Positions 25,520 through 37,593 of a DNA stretch of 64,000 nt are shown here, piece after piece; the first letter of the stretch is position 1; each line of letters begins with the position of its first letter. The DNA is from Histomonas meleagridis 2922-C6/04-290x (lineage: Eukaryota; Protista; Parabasalia). The position numbers were made by a program, and so were the translations under genes. The notes beneath the pieces are model-generated. The model was not told the DNA's origin, did not search any database, and saw only the letters and a list, made by a program, of their open reading frames with translations. Location of the stretch: the NCBI GenBank assembly GCA_020184695.1, contig JAANOX010000253.1, positions 395,114-459,113 on the forward strand, in the 5' to 3' direction.

Positions 25520-26395
25520 TTGAAAATTGACGGTTACGATGATAAAGACAGCGATTTTATTTCATTCATCGGACATAAGCGCATTTCATCATTTTCATCA
25601 ATGCATTGGTTGTACTCACAAACACAAGTTCCCATTGCGTAATAATCTGGTAATTCTTCCTTAAAAGAAATTGCGTGATCACGCAATGGAAGAAAGTTTC
25701 TTGAATTGACAAGAACAACATACACAACAATTATCAACAATAACTTTCTCGACAAGGTGTTCAATAAACCTTTTTTTCTGTCTTTAAATTTTTCTAGATA
25801 TGAAAACCTAAATCCATGCAAACTCAAATATTCAAGAGCAATATATTTGTTTTCAAATGTTTTGCCACAACGAAATATTTAGTAACCAAAATATCATGAC
25901 ATTGAGAATCATCAAATTCACCATCATCATCTTCCTCTTCAATGATTACTTGATGCTTGTATTCAGCAACTCATTTCTTAGCGTCTTCTTCTGCTTGTTC
26001 TGCTTTTTTGGCTAACAATTTTACAACATTTAATTTTTGGGTGCTGGTTTTAAATTGCAGTGTTGTCGTTCGAACGCACAGGACAATTTGTACAATGGAG
26101 TCCGCTCATTAAAATCAAGCAAGAAATATAAAATATATTTTCAAAACCATATGTATATCGCATCGGATAATGGTTTTCCAAGTGAATTTGTATCTGAATA
26201 AGTAAAATCATCAGTCTTAAAGAACAAATATCAATCCAAAATTCATTATTAATAAAATGTGTTCAATTGTGATAAGTTTTTACATATCAGTATTTTTGTA
26301 TTGGAAATATTTCATTTTATTTTTCATTAAAAGCACGACAATCACATCCTTCTATTGCAATATCAATATCATCATTTTATTTACCCAAAATTTTT
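25520..26395 (-). pseudogene. CCA-enzyme fragment fused to C2H2 zinc-finger fragment (copy 4 of 6)
   Basis: Inverted mirror of 56990-57850. Confidence 0.65.
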
Positions 26396-26921
26396 CTCAA
26401 TAAATCAATAATATTTTAAGTATACTAATCTTTAATTTTAGAAATAATTATGTTTCTATTAATAACATATAAAACTCAACTTGCGATTTTGTACCATCGC
26501 ATATAGCGATCATCCTACGATCTTGATATTATGAATATATAATATATATACAATGTTGCATCTATGATTAATGAATAACTAAGAATAATATCATGATTAG
26601 CACAAAATAAATTTATTCTTTCACTCAAAAAAGTGCCAAATTCGACTTTTGCATAGTTTACATCAAACATTAGCTACAACGATAAGTGCCGATAGAAGCT
26701 TTAATGATTGATGGTAAATATAATTCAATTTTTACTATTTAAAAAAAAAAAAAAAAAAACAGACAGACACACTTCACAATTCCATTGTGATGCTTTGCAT
26801 ATGGTTTCAAATCCCCTTTATGTATATTGTCGTAAAAAGTAAATTATATATCATTGTAAAATTCATTATTTTTATAAATAAAAAAATATACAAATAATAT
26901 ATTAATATTTTTATAAAAATA

Positions 26922-27522
26922 TTACTGTTTATAAATTAACCCTGTAGATTTTACAAATTTTTAAACTGATATGTCGTTTATCAAGAAATTCTATGACATC
27001 TGGATAAGTATATTTTAAATTAAATGTTTCATTATTCTTCTTAACATATATTTTACTAACATAATCATAAGGATTGCTTTTACAACAATAACTATCAGTA
27101 TCTGCTTTTAATAATTTTATTTCATCAGTATCACATAATAACTGTATTAATTTGATTAGTTCATTTTCTTCAGCAATAACATACTTATTTACTATTAATG
27201 GGTTATTTTCAATAATATCTATTATTAAAATTAATGCTTGAATAAGATTATTTTTATTATTATGAATAATTTGTTGAATATTATTGTTTAATTCATTTGC
27301 TGTTTCTATGCTTCTTTCTACAGTAAGTTCATTATTATTGTTATTATATGGATATTTAACATCAACTTTAAGGTTATTACATAACCCGGCATCATGTGAT
27401 GCTTCAAAAGGATTTACAACAACATTAACATTTTGGTTTTGCTGTGGTGAATTAATATTTGTATTTACTTTTGCGAGGAATCATTTTGAACAACTTAATA
27501 CATGAGAATGTGGAACTGACAT
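26922..27522 (-). pseudogene. Conserved PLV hypothetical gene (MSVP...NPLIVNKYVIAEE...CCKS)
   Basis: Homologous to 34020-34586 and mirrored at 55869-56465. One premature TGA. Confidence 0.65.
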
Positions 27523-27909
27523 ATTTTTATTATATATAAAAAAGTATATATGACTGATATATTTAATATTATTAAAAAAATGAAATTAAATAAAATATTT
27601 ATTATTAAACAAATATCATATATTGAATTAATCAATTTTTATATTAATGATTTAGTAATATATAAATATGTTGTAATAGTTGCAAAATAGTAATAATATT
27701 AAAAAATGTAAAAAATTAGGTATTAATAATATATATAATATATATGATAATGATAACTATAATAAATTTATTAATATAAAAATTAAACCACCATTACATA
27801 ATGTTAAAAAAGGTAGATATATATTAATGTATAATCATAACATTAATGATATTACTGTATGCTCTGGTGAAGAAAAATATTAAAAAAACATATAAAATTA
27901 AAAATATTT

Positions 27910-29230
27910 TTATCTAGTAAATCCAGCTAAAACTTGTTCAATAGATGCGTTGGTAATTTCTATTTGAGATCCACCATCTGGTTTCATTAAACAAATTTTT
28001 AATATAGCATCTTCGAAATATATGCCAACTGGTGATATGAAATCCATATTTAAAATACTATTACTACCACCTTTACTACTGGGTATTCTATTACCATGTA
28101 ATTCTATTTGAACAGTGCCAGTTGTAGAGATACCACCTTGAAAAATCTTCACCCTCAGCAAATGGTAAACCAATGAAAAAATTACTATTATCTTTACCAT
28201 GCCAAACTTGTTTTTTTGTTATTCTAGAACTATCATCATCATATACATATTTATAATAATATGGTTGTAATGAAGTTTTAATATCATTATTTATACTACT
28301 TAATAAACTAACATTTAAATTCAATGCATCCAATGTCATATTTAAATGTTTAGAATCATTGATAGTTTCATATGATTCTCTTGAAGATATTTTACAATCA
28401 ATATTAAATCTATATTCTAATTGTGGGTTAATAAAGCACGTTCTACTATATTGATTTATTCTAAATACTGTAAACAATGTATCACAATGTCTTACACCTA
28501 TCGTAGCAGCAGTATCTAAATCATTATTTTTCAATAATGGTTGTGTAAAATCTCTCACTTCACATATATGTATTGGAAATAATAATGGGGTCTGGACATA
28601 TTTAGCAAATAATGCATTAAATACATCAATTTTTAACATATATTCTACTAATTTAATTTTAACATCTTTTGTAATTTGTGTATTATATTTAAATGTTTGT
28701 GATATGACGGTTGTATTAGTTGTTTTATTAATATTATTATTAACAGTTTCATTAATATTTCTGAAACTAAAATCTATTTTTATAATCATTTTGTAAGACT
28801 GTATCTTGAACTTTAGACATATCAACAATTGGAACTATTACCAAATTTTGATACGATGGCATTAATTCTATTGATAATTTTCCATCCCAGTTTGGATAAT
28901 ATCTCATATTAAATAATAATAAGAAATATGATAATGGTATTCGTAAAGGTATTTCTATAGTAATAAATTATTATGACTCATTATTTGAATACTAACTATA
29001 GTTTCTTTTTGTTCTTTATCTCCATTTTTTACAATACATTTTAATGCAATTACATGTCTTTATTTTGACTAGGGGATTCTAACCAACGTTGTGGATGACG
29101 AAATGTATAACCATTATTTTTATTTACATTAGTTAAATCTCTTTCATATTCTTCAATATCTAAATTAGTATAATTTTTGTTCTATAGGTAATTCTGATGC
29201 ATGAGTAGTAAGTTGCTTTTCAGTTCTCAT
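27910..29230 (-). pseudogene. Chimeric capsid gene: structural-gene N-terminus joined to putative major capsid protein C-terminal part
   Basis: The N-terminus (MRTEKQLTTHASELP...PQRWLESPSQNK) aligns with 42529+. The C-terminal part (PIHICEVRDFTQP, RTCFINP, SNFFIGLPFAEGEDFQGGISTTGTVQIEL) has no counterpart in family B. The MCP call is inferred from context and beta-rich character. Confidence 0.5.
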
Positions 29231-29247
29231 TTTAATTAGTATAAAAT

Positions 29248-30463
29248 ATGATTGAATCTAATAGAATTGAAACTATACTTAAATCTTTAATGAATAAAAA
29301 TAGTGTAGTATATTATAAACATAGTAAAACTTCTGATACCTTATCTAATGGTATTTGTTCATTAACAATTAATAGTGTAGATAAATTATTTATAATATTT
29401 ACTTATGGAAGATGTCATTTAATAATTAATCCTCTAGATTCCAGTATCAAAGGTCTTGTTTTAATAAACGATTATTTAGTAAGTGATATTATTACAGGAT
29501 CTAATATAATGAATAATGCTTATCTAAATCAAATGTTTAGTAATATTGATAAAGTATTGGACTTATATAAGGAATTTATTAAAATCGATCAGGAAAGTAA
29601 TAGTGTTAAAACATCTGATATGTTAGTAAATAATATTAATGGTTATTCTACAGAGAATTTTGCTTCGAAGAATCATAATCATGATGAAAGATATTCTTTA
29701 ATATCACATACACATAACATTATTGATAACGATTTAAATGTTAACGGTAATCTAACTGCTATAAAAATAAATGGATATTATATTTATGATAGTTCTGGCG
29801 GAGGATCTAATACAGCAATAAATATCCTATGTATAGCTACTATTAAAACAGATGGTGTTATGGAAGTAGGAGAATATATTGATTTTCATTATATATATGA
29901 TTATAATAAAGATAATAATTGGAGAATGAGAGCTTTAACTGATACTATAAGTTTTCAAGCAAAAGGAGGTAAAACAATTAGTTTTAGCAATGCTGGTAAT
30001 ATAAATTGTAATTCTATTAATAACATATCTACTGATAATATTTTTTTAAACGATCATAACCATGATGATAGATATTCATTATTAAATTATACATACTGAT
30101 TATTTAACAAGTGCAAATTTAGAAAATATCGATAATAAGTTGACAGGAATTATTTCTAATAAAGATTATATCGGAACTAACGAGGAGGAGGATATTTTTG
30201 AAATATATACTGTTATAAATCAAGATTTAAAAGTAAATGGTAATATAGAAGTTGATACTATCAAGAATTTATCTATTAATAATTTTTCATTAATAAATCA
30301 TACACATGATCAATATTTAACAAATGATATTTTAATCAATATAAATTAGGCTTTAACAGAAATATCATATAATGAATTTAATAAATGGACTAAGATTGAG
30401 AAAGATTTAATAGTAGGTAATGACATCAAATGTAGAATTATGTCAGCAAGTCGTAATATCAAT
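29248..30463 (+). pseudogene. Fibre-like protein with HxH (HNHDDRY/HTH) repeats, truncated
   Basis: Homologous to 39510-42512. The reading frame runs directly into the (AC)n putative terminus at 30464. Confidence 0.65.
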
Positions 30464-30570
30464 ACACACACAGGGGAGATTTCACTTCGTTTCACTCCCC
30501 CACTTCGCTTCGCTCGGTGTGTGTTATATCGCCTTCGGCTCAAGCTTCACTCACTACGTGCGCTCAGTAA
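30464..30570 (+). other. Putative PLV terminus: 5'-(AC)4-AG plus GC-rich hairpin cluster
   Basis: ACACACACAGGGGAG...CTCCCC stem, with GCTTCGC (30507-30513), GTTTCAC and GCCTTCGGC (complements of GAA-triloop mini-hairpins). Mirrored at 52886-52992. Confidence 0.6.
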
Positions 30571-30685
30571 AATATAAAAAAGTCAACTTTTTTAAATATA
30601 TATCCTAACATAATGATAATAATAATATATAATGAATGAATATTGTAGAAATACTATAAAATTGATGAAAATTATAATATGTCCT

Positions 30686-31290
30686 GCATGTCCATGATGT
30701 CCACGGTTGTCCTAGGACATTTAACTACTTATAAAACTTACCCGCAACACGCAATTTCGCAACAATTATAAAATTACATAAAAACATCGTGTCTGTAATT
30801 TTTTTCATATTTTTAAGTTCGCAACAATGATATATTCCTAACGTTATAATATTGTATATACTATATTATTGCGTAGTAAATTATTTTAATAATACCTATT
30901 TAGAAAGGACATATTCGGAAAAAAAAAAAAAAAAAAATATATTTCAACATAATGATTGTATATATGCTCTTTTGCGTAATAATTATATTATAGTTTTTAT
31001 ATCTCATCTAGGACATATAATTAACAATAATATATATTGTTGAAATATAAATTGTTGAGAAATATAATCGTTGAAATAAATTGTTTGTGAAATAAATATT
31101 TTTAACAGAATAATAATAATAATATTGTCCGTCTTTGTCCTTTATAAATAGGTATTATTAAAAAAATATTTTTTTATAAGCAAATAAGCATTTATTGTAT
31201 AATAATTGTTGCATAATTGCGTGTTGTGGGTGAGTTTTTAGGAGAAGTTAAATGTCATAGGACGACCGTGGACATCCAGGACGTTGTGGA
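30686..31290. repeat. ~85-bp imperfect inverted repeat pair in the family A non-coding region
   Basis: ATGTCCACGGTTGTCCTAGGACATTTAAC...CAACACGCAATT..GCAACAATTAT at ~30686-30772 versus its complement at ~31200-31290. Multiple GGACA/TGTCC motifs. Mirrored at ~52170-52770. Confidence 0.85.
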
Positions 31291-32039
31291 CAAACAAGAG
31301 TTTTAATCAAATTTATCGTAATTATACATTATTCATTTTTATAGATAAATTATACAAAGATTATCGTAATTTAAACATCATTAAAAATAACTATATTTTC
31401 AACAAATTTATCGTTCAAAAATAATTCTGAACAGTTGCACTTTTGAACGCCAATTTATTGGCTTGAATTCTTCATATGAACTAAAATAATAGTTTTAATA
31501 AATTATAACTATATAATGCTTTTACATATCAAACTTTACATGCTTATCTTTATCAATTACTTTTTGATTTGAATTTTTATTGGGACTTTCAATATTTGAT
31601 ATATCATCTGAAATACAAAAACATTCATTTAGATCATTAATTTTAGATTTGATCTTATCACATTTTTCTGTTAGTTTATTTTTGATTCATTTGATTATTT
31701 CATTCTTAGCATTCATATAACTTATTATTAACTTCAGAAGATGATATATTAGTAAGCTTTTTTTGATTTTTTAGCAAGCATATTATTAATAAATTTAAGA
31801 TTTAAAGCATTTAATATATTAAGTTTATCATCGTAAAACTTAACATTAACAAAGATAACACATTGTTTGATAGCTGTTCTAGTCTTTTTACCTATTTTCG
31901 TTAATATATTATGAGAATATTTAATATTAACAACTTTATATTTATCGTTATATTCAGATTTAATATACTCTTCAAATGATTCCATATTCATATATAAAAA
32001 AACATATTATTATATATAATAAAAAAGCATTTTATTTTT

Positions 32040-32500
32040 TCTCAATACTTTTTGGTAAAGTTAAGGTAATTCTTCTAGCTTTCATATATATATTATTGAA
32101 TCTGGTGTGTTGATCTTTGATTTTATGATATTCATTCCACATCTTATCAACATTAAAATAACTAGGAGGACTATTTTTCATTAACTCATAAAAACATTCT
32201 TTTGATATGCCTGGAAATAATATTATATCACTTAATGTTCTTTTTAGATCTTTAGGTATAGATTTTACAGTTTGAACACATATAACAATTAATTCAAAAA
32301 ATGGTTCATTAAATATAACTTCCTGATATGCAGATAATTTTTAATAGGAGCTATAAAAGCACATATACCATATCGAGATAAAAGGTATTCCTCATGAATA
32401 GGTCTAATTAAAGCATTATTTAATACATCCTTATATAATTTTACTTATATTATTAGAGTTATCATCAATCTCTTTAAATTTACTATCTTTATTTATCATA
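32040..32500 (-). pseudogene. A32-like packaging ATPase remnant with internal deletions
   Basis: Keeps IRPIHEEYL..YGICAFIAP, EPFFELI and VICVQTVKSIPKDLKRTLSDIILF. The Walker A lysine and Walker B are deleted. Mirrored at ~50960-51420. Confidence 0.7.
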
Positions 32501-33605
32501 AATACTTTTAAATAAAAATAAAATATATAACATTATTGAATATTTTTCATTCATTTCTGACATACCACTTATTCTTATTGTGGTATACATTTGATATAAT
32601 AAATATATTTCATGTAAGTTAGCGTTTACCAATATTAATTTAAAATGAGATAAATCATTAGTATTCATTTCTACTGCAAAATCTGCATTATTAACTATTA
32701 TAGAATAATTAGCACTGAAACTATTATTTACTCTTAATATTATTTTCGATATATTAAGATTATTATTTAAATTTCTATAACTACTTTTTCCTAAGTTTGA
32801 TACTATATATAATATTGGTGTTGAAAGATAGTTTCCTACTGATTTTGCTGAAATTTCGTATTTATTATTTTCATTATTATAACTAGCAGGTAATGGTAGT
32901 ATTTGATCATATAAACCTGATAATTGAAATATATTATAACTATAACTATTAATAATAAATTGATTATTAATTTTCTAGTAGGTGGACTAGGGAGATTTAT
33001 ATCAATTCTATTATAATGTTCATAATCATATGCTAATATCGTATAATCAATGCCCTCGTGTAGTATCTTATATAAAGTTGAAATATACTATCTTTGATTT
33101 ACATAAAATTCATAAATTTTATTTTTATTTTTAATAAATATAATGCCAAAGAGATTAAATACTAAAACAGTTAAAAATCTATATAATAAATATGGATATA
33201 CTCTACCAGATAATTTTGAACATATAAATACTACTATCAAATATAAAGTATTTGATGAAAGAAATAATAAGTATACTAAATTATCGTATAATCAGCTACA
33301 ATATAAAATTAAGAAAGGTTTATCAGAATATGATTCATTTGATGATTATTATAATATGGCTTTTATCAGATAAAGAATTTGCAGAGAAACCTGTTGGAAA
33401 AAATAAATCTATTAATGATATAACTAAAGATTTAATAAATAAATTATTATTACAAAAAGATTTTACTTATAATAATATTAATAAATAACATAACATTATA
33501 TTATATGCTTTAATGTATGCTATTAAATCAGTTGGTGCTAAGATCAATAAAGATATTAGAATGACAATAATTGGTGATGATAATAATATATCTTACTATC
33601 ATGCC

Positions 33606-33863
33606 TCATGAAATTTTGTTCATGCATTTTAAGATTCTTGAATTTTTGTCAAATTCTTTTGGCAAATCCTCTCCTTCAGCAACAGTAATCTCGCAATTGC
33701 AGGCATTTACTACAAGTATAATTCTTCCTTTTGCAGTATTTGGTATTGGCTCGTAAATCTTAACATTTATTCCATAATAGACATCAAATAATAATTCTAA
33801 ATTAAACCTTTTGGCTTTTTTAAACATTTCAGGACGTACAGCAATGACATATTTATTACACAA
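33606..33863 (-). CDS. Conserved small PLV protein
   Basis: NKYVIAV...KKAK...PIPNTAKGRIILVVN...ITVAEGE aligns with family A KYVVIV...KKCK...PPLHNVKKGRYILMYN...ITVCSGE (27680-27883, 55524-55844). Confidence 0.6.
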   Translation of the reverse strand: MCNKYVIAVRPEMFKKAKRFNLELLFDVYYGINVKIYEPIPNTAKGRIILVVNACNCEITVAEGEDLPKEFDKNSRILKCMNKIS

Positions 33864-34019
33864 TCATTAATGTAAAAATAAATATTTTCTATAAACGGTG
33901 ATTGTTTTGTGGTTATCTTCTTATTTGATTACAGATGTTTGATAATATCGAAAATATTTAAAGGAATCATAGATACTTCCATTAAATAACAGTAAAAAAG
34001 ATTTTTTATCTCTTGAAAA

Positions 34020-34586
34020 ATGTCAGTTCCTAAAAGTAGTGTTTTATTTTGCAATCGAGGATTCCTTGCAAGAGTCGGAACAAATTTAAATTCTCCGAAA
34101 CTAGATCAAAGCCAAAACGTTAATGTTGTGGTCGATTGGTATTAAAGGATTGCGGTTTATCCTGATGTTAATTCGACAGAATCGGATGTTAAAGAACGCT
34201 CGATTTAAACAGCAAATGAAACTTTAACTAATTATGAACAAATAATACACCACCAAGACTTATCAATTCAAGCGTTGGTGTTATGTTTAGATATGGTAGA
34301 AAATAATCCTTTGATTGTAAATAAATATGTCATAGCAGAGGAAGACGAATTAATCGAACTTATTCAATTATTGTGTGATACTCAAAAAGTGGAGTTAATG
34401 ATAGCAGACACAGACGCTGGATGTTGTAAAAGCTCAACGTTAGATTATGTATCAAAAATTTATGTTAAAAAAGACGGCAATACTTATAATTTGAAATATA
34501 ATTACTCTAATGTTTGTGAGTATTTGAGTGATAGAAAAATATACACAAAATTTGTTAAGAGTTCAGGAAAAATAAGTTATAAATAA
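34020..34586 (+). pseudogene. Conserved PLV hypothetical gene (homolog of 55869-56465)
   Basis: MSVPKSSVLFCNRGFLARVGTNLNSP...NNPLIVNKYVIAEEDELIELIQLLCD...GCCKS. Confidence 0.65.
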
Positions 34587-34725
34587 AATAATCGAATCCA
34601 TAAATTCTTTTGAATTTTGCATTACATATCGCGAGTTGTTCATTATTATTTATGTCTCTGCACCAAACTAAAGCATAGCCGCGCTGATTGTGACATACGT
34701 TCAATTTTCTCAATTCAATTTCATT

Positions 34726-35154
34726 TCAAAAGTATAACGAATTTGTTTTATCGTCATAGTAATAATCCTCTAACTGATGACCGGCATATTCTTTTATTTC
34801 AATTGAATTTTCATTAATTTCATCATAAAATTCATAATCTTTTCCAAGGTGTGATGATTTATTCTTTGAATTTTCTGACGAGGAAACCCACCGAAGATTA
34901 TTAATGCGAAAATCTGTTCTGTCATGATTAATGTGATCAATTTCTGTTTTATTATCAGGATTTGGTATAAATTGTAATGCTATTATTCTATGTTTGAGAT
35001 ATTTTCTGTCGTTCAAGCGATATTGAACGTATCCGCCTCGTGTTTCATCGACATGTTCGCTAATGATTCTTTTATCTGATTTTCTACTTATTTGAAAAGG
35101 AAATTTTGTAAAAATTATGTAATCGCAATCGCAAACACAAATAATCCAACTCAT
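34726..35154 (-). CDS. HNH homing-endonuclease-like protein
   Basis: GGYVQYRLN...LKHRIIALQFIPNPDNKTEIDHINHDRTDFRINNLRWVSSSENSKN is an HNH_3 consensus. The 5' end is probably frameshifted. Confidence 0.9.
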   Translation of the reverse strand: MSWIICVCDCDYIIFTKFPFQISRKSDKRIISEHVDETRGGYVQYRLNDRKYLKHRIIALQFIPNPDNKTEIDHINHDRTDFRINNLRWVSSSENSKNKSSHLGKDYEFYDEINENSIEIKEYAGHQLEDYYYDDKTNSLYF

Positions 35155-35239
35155 ACTGTTTTATTAAAATTGAAATAAATTCCCTTAAAATTAAGCTTAA
35201 TTTTTATTATGTCATATCAACCGAATATAAATTTCATTT

Positions 35240-37539
35240 TTAACTCATACTCATTAATTTTTTTATCGGATTACTTGAATTTTCACAGTATTCTTTAATT
35301 TTTGGCGTGCAATAATAATAATAACTTTCTTCTCCATGCTAACCGATCCAATTTTCAGGAGATTTAAAGTATACCTCGGTGAAAACATGTTCAATCTTGA
35401 ATTTGCCGAGTTCATGAACACTTGGTCATGACCAATAAATCCTTTATCTTTCGATACCATAAAATCTTACTCTGATATTAACGCAGAATCAATGTTTGAA
35501 TAATAAACTAACGAGATTCCTTATTAAATTCATTTTTTCATTAAATTTATCTAAAACACTTTTCGCAAATTGAGGATAAGTGAAATTTTCGACGTAAGGA
35601 TTCAGGGTATCGACAAATCCTGAAATTCCGTCTGAATTGTACGTGTATTTTAATACATAAGGCGCGAATTCATCAATATACTTATTAACGTTATTTACAA
35701 ATTTATGTTTTATAACTTTTGGCTATTGTATTGAAAAACCAAAACATGAATTCATCATGAATTTCAGTGTTATTAACAATTTATCTTTTCCCGATAATTT
35801 GGCTTTCATTCTTGCTTTATATAATTTTTCTATTGACTTATTAATCTTGGTGTTTTTTTCTTTGAAGTTTCCGTCGGCGTCATGTAATCCAGCAGGAATT
35901 GATTGAACACTTGATATATACGCTCCGCATTTGTCGATATAATAAAGTTTTTGTTTCGAATAAATATTTCTCCAAATAATTTTCGGTGTTTGAATTTCAG
36001 ATATTATTTCATCTGTGCAATCTCTCCGGAAAATGAATATACATTATCAATACATCCGAATTCAAACATTATCTTTTGCATCAGCTCAGAGAATTTATAA
36101 TATCTTGATACATTAATTCTTTTACTTAATTTCAACGAATCAATAACTTCGTGAAGTTCTTTTAATGTCTCCGGGATAATTTATTTATCCGGACAGTATC
36201 CGAAGAAACTTTTTGTTTAATTAACTTATTTATAATATAATGATGTAGGTTTTTTATCAGCAACAAATATTTTTCTATAAAGATAATATGTTTTGACGTT
36301 TGATTTCATATAACTCCATGAAAGCTTATTTATCGTTTGTTGATTAATTGGAATTAATAAATTATTTTCGATCATTATATATATTGAACTATTTATACCC
36401 CAACATTTTTTAAAGAAAGAATATATTTTGTTGTCGAATTTAAATAACATCATTTATCTGTTATGATTTCTAAATCTCAAATCAGCATTTATATTTTCAT
36501 TATCCTTTATATTACATTCCGATACATTATTTTTAAAATTCGGCATATGATGGTCGTCTATAATTATTAGTTTTATTTCTCTGTTGTAATTCTCACCAAA
36601 TATCTTGACACGCGTATGTTTTGTTTCGAAATTAAATATTTTGACTTCACTTTTGATTTTTAATATATCAGAAATTCTTTTTAACTCACTTCTTGGAACC
36701 GTTCGAGTTCGAATAAAACTCTTCAACATTTTTAATTTATCTTATTTCGATGCTTCCGATACAATAAATGCTCGAATTAAACATGATTCATTTATATTAG
36801 AATCATTAACGTCTGTAAATATTCCAAATTTTCTTAAATTAATATCTGACGTGTTGATGTAAGGAAAGAATCCTGAATTTATTCTCTTACCTATATTGAA
36901 ATCTTTAAAATCAGAACAAATGGTTTCAATGAATAACATATATTCCAACACAACATCGTTTGTATCACCAATCACTCTATCATTATTCAAGCCAGCACGT
37001 ATAAATTCAACTGTATTTTTATTTGCATGTGAATATTGTTCTCTTCCATCTTCATCAATTAAAGTTAATTTTATATTTTTATATATTTTATATGCTGCTG
37101 TTTCAATCGCGTACATCAAAGCAGAAAGAAATGTATCAATACTTCCTTTATTTTCAAATGTAAAATCTTTTTGTTTCATTAAATTTTTAATTATTTTATT
37201 TGTTACATTATATACTTCACGTTTAAAATCTTCCGATTCATTTTTGAAAAATTCATGTTTTTTTTTACTGAAACGTACAAATGAATGTTTATTTTTGAAC
37301 TCATTATCACTTAATGGAAGATTCATTAAATTATTAATTTCCTCGGTGATGTATTCTGCTCTTCCTTTTGATATTATATATTTTAACTGATTACCACTTA
37401 ATCTTACATAATTTCGATATTGTTCGTCATAAACTTCAAGTGGTGTTGAAGTATTTATATAAACGAAATTTTTCGGTAAAGTGTATCCGTATTTTTCAAA
37501 TAAACTTCTAACTGTTCTTTTGCTCGATCTTTTTGGCAT
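35240..37539 (-). pseudogene. Divergent family-B DNA polymerase (Polinton/protein-primed type), fragmented
   Basis: Motif A LYYIDKCGAY (~35916-35950), motif B R.KAK...LKFMMNSCFG (~35730-35820) and motif C VYYSNIDS (~35487-35510). The N-terminus is homologous to family A MPKRLNTKTV. Confidence 0.75.
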
Positions 37540-37593
37540 TTTATCGAAAATATAAAAATATATTTTTTTGATACTACTAAGTTTAATTTTTTT

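Larger units (their letters stand above)
18986..33603 (+). repeat. Left arm of giant inverted duplication
   Basis: Every ORF is mirrored in the right arm (21679/62015, 23564/60113, 24506/58771, 27284/56107, 29248/54212, 30543/52913, 33143/50097). Homology ends at TCTTACTATCATG (33603). Confidence 0.95.
26922..33603. mobile_element. Polinton-like endogenous virus, family A, left copy (degenerate)
   Basis: Contains MCP-like, fibre, minor-capsid-like, ATPase-remnant and PolB N-terminal genes, plus a putative terminal region. Confidence 0.8.

Noticed and set aside
27284-27505. ORF MFNSFAVSMLL (and its mirror 55886-56107)
   Set aside because: It is antisense to the conserved MSVP... gene, which has a homolog in family B.
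30346-30543. ORF MSRRRYNTHRAKRSGG (and its mirror 52913-53110) as a basic viral core protein
   Set aside because: It spans the GC-rich hairpin island and runs antisense into the fibre gene, so it is best explained as a by-product of the non-coding terminus.
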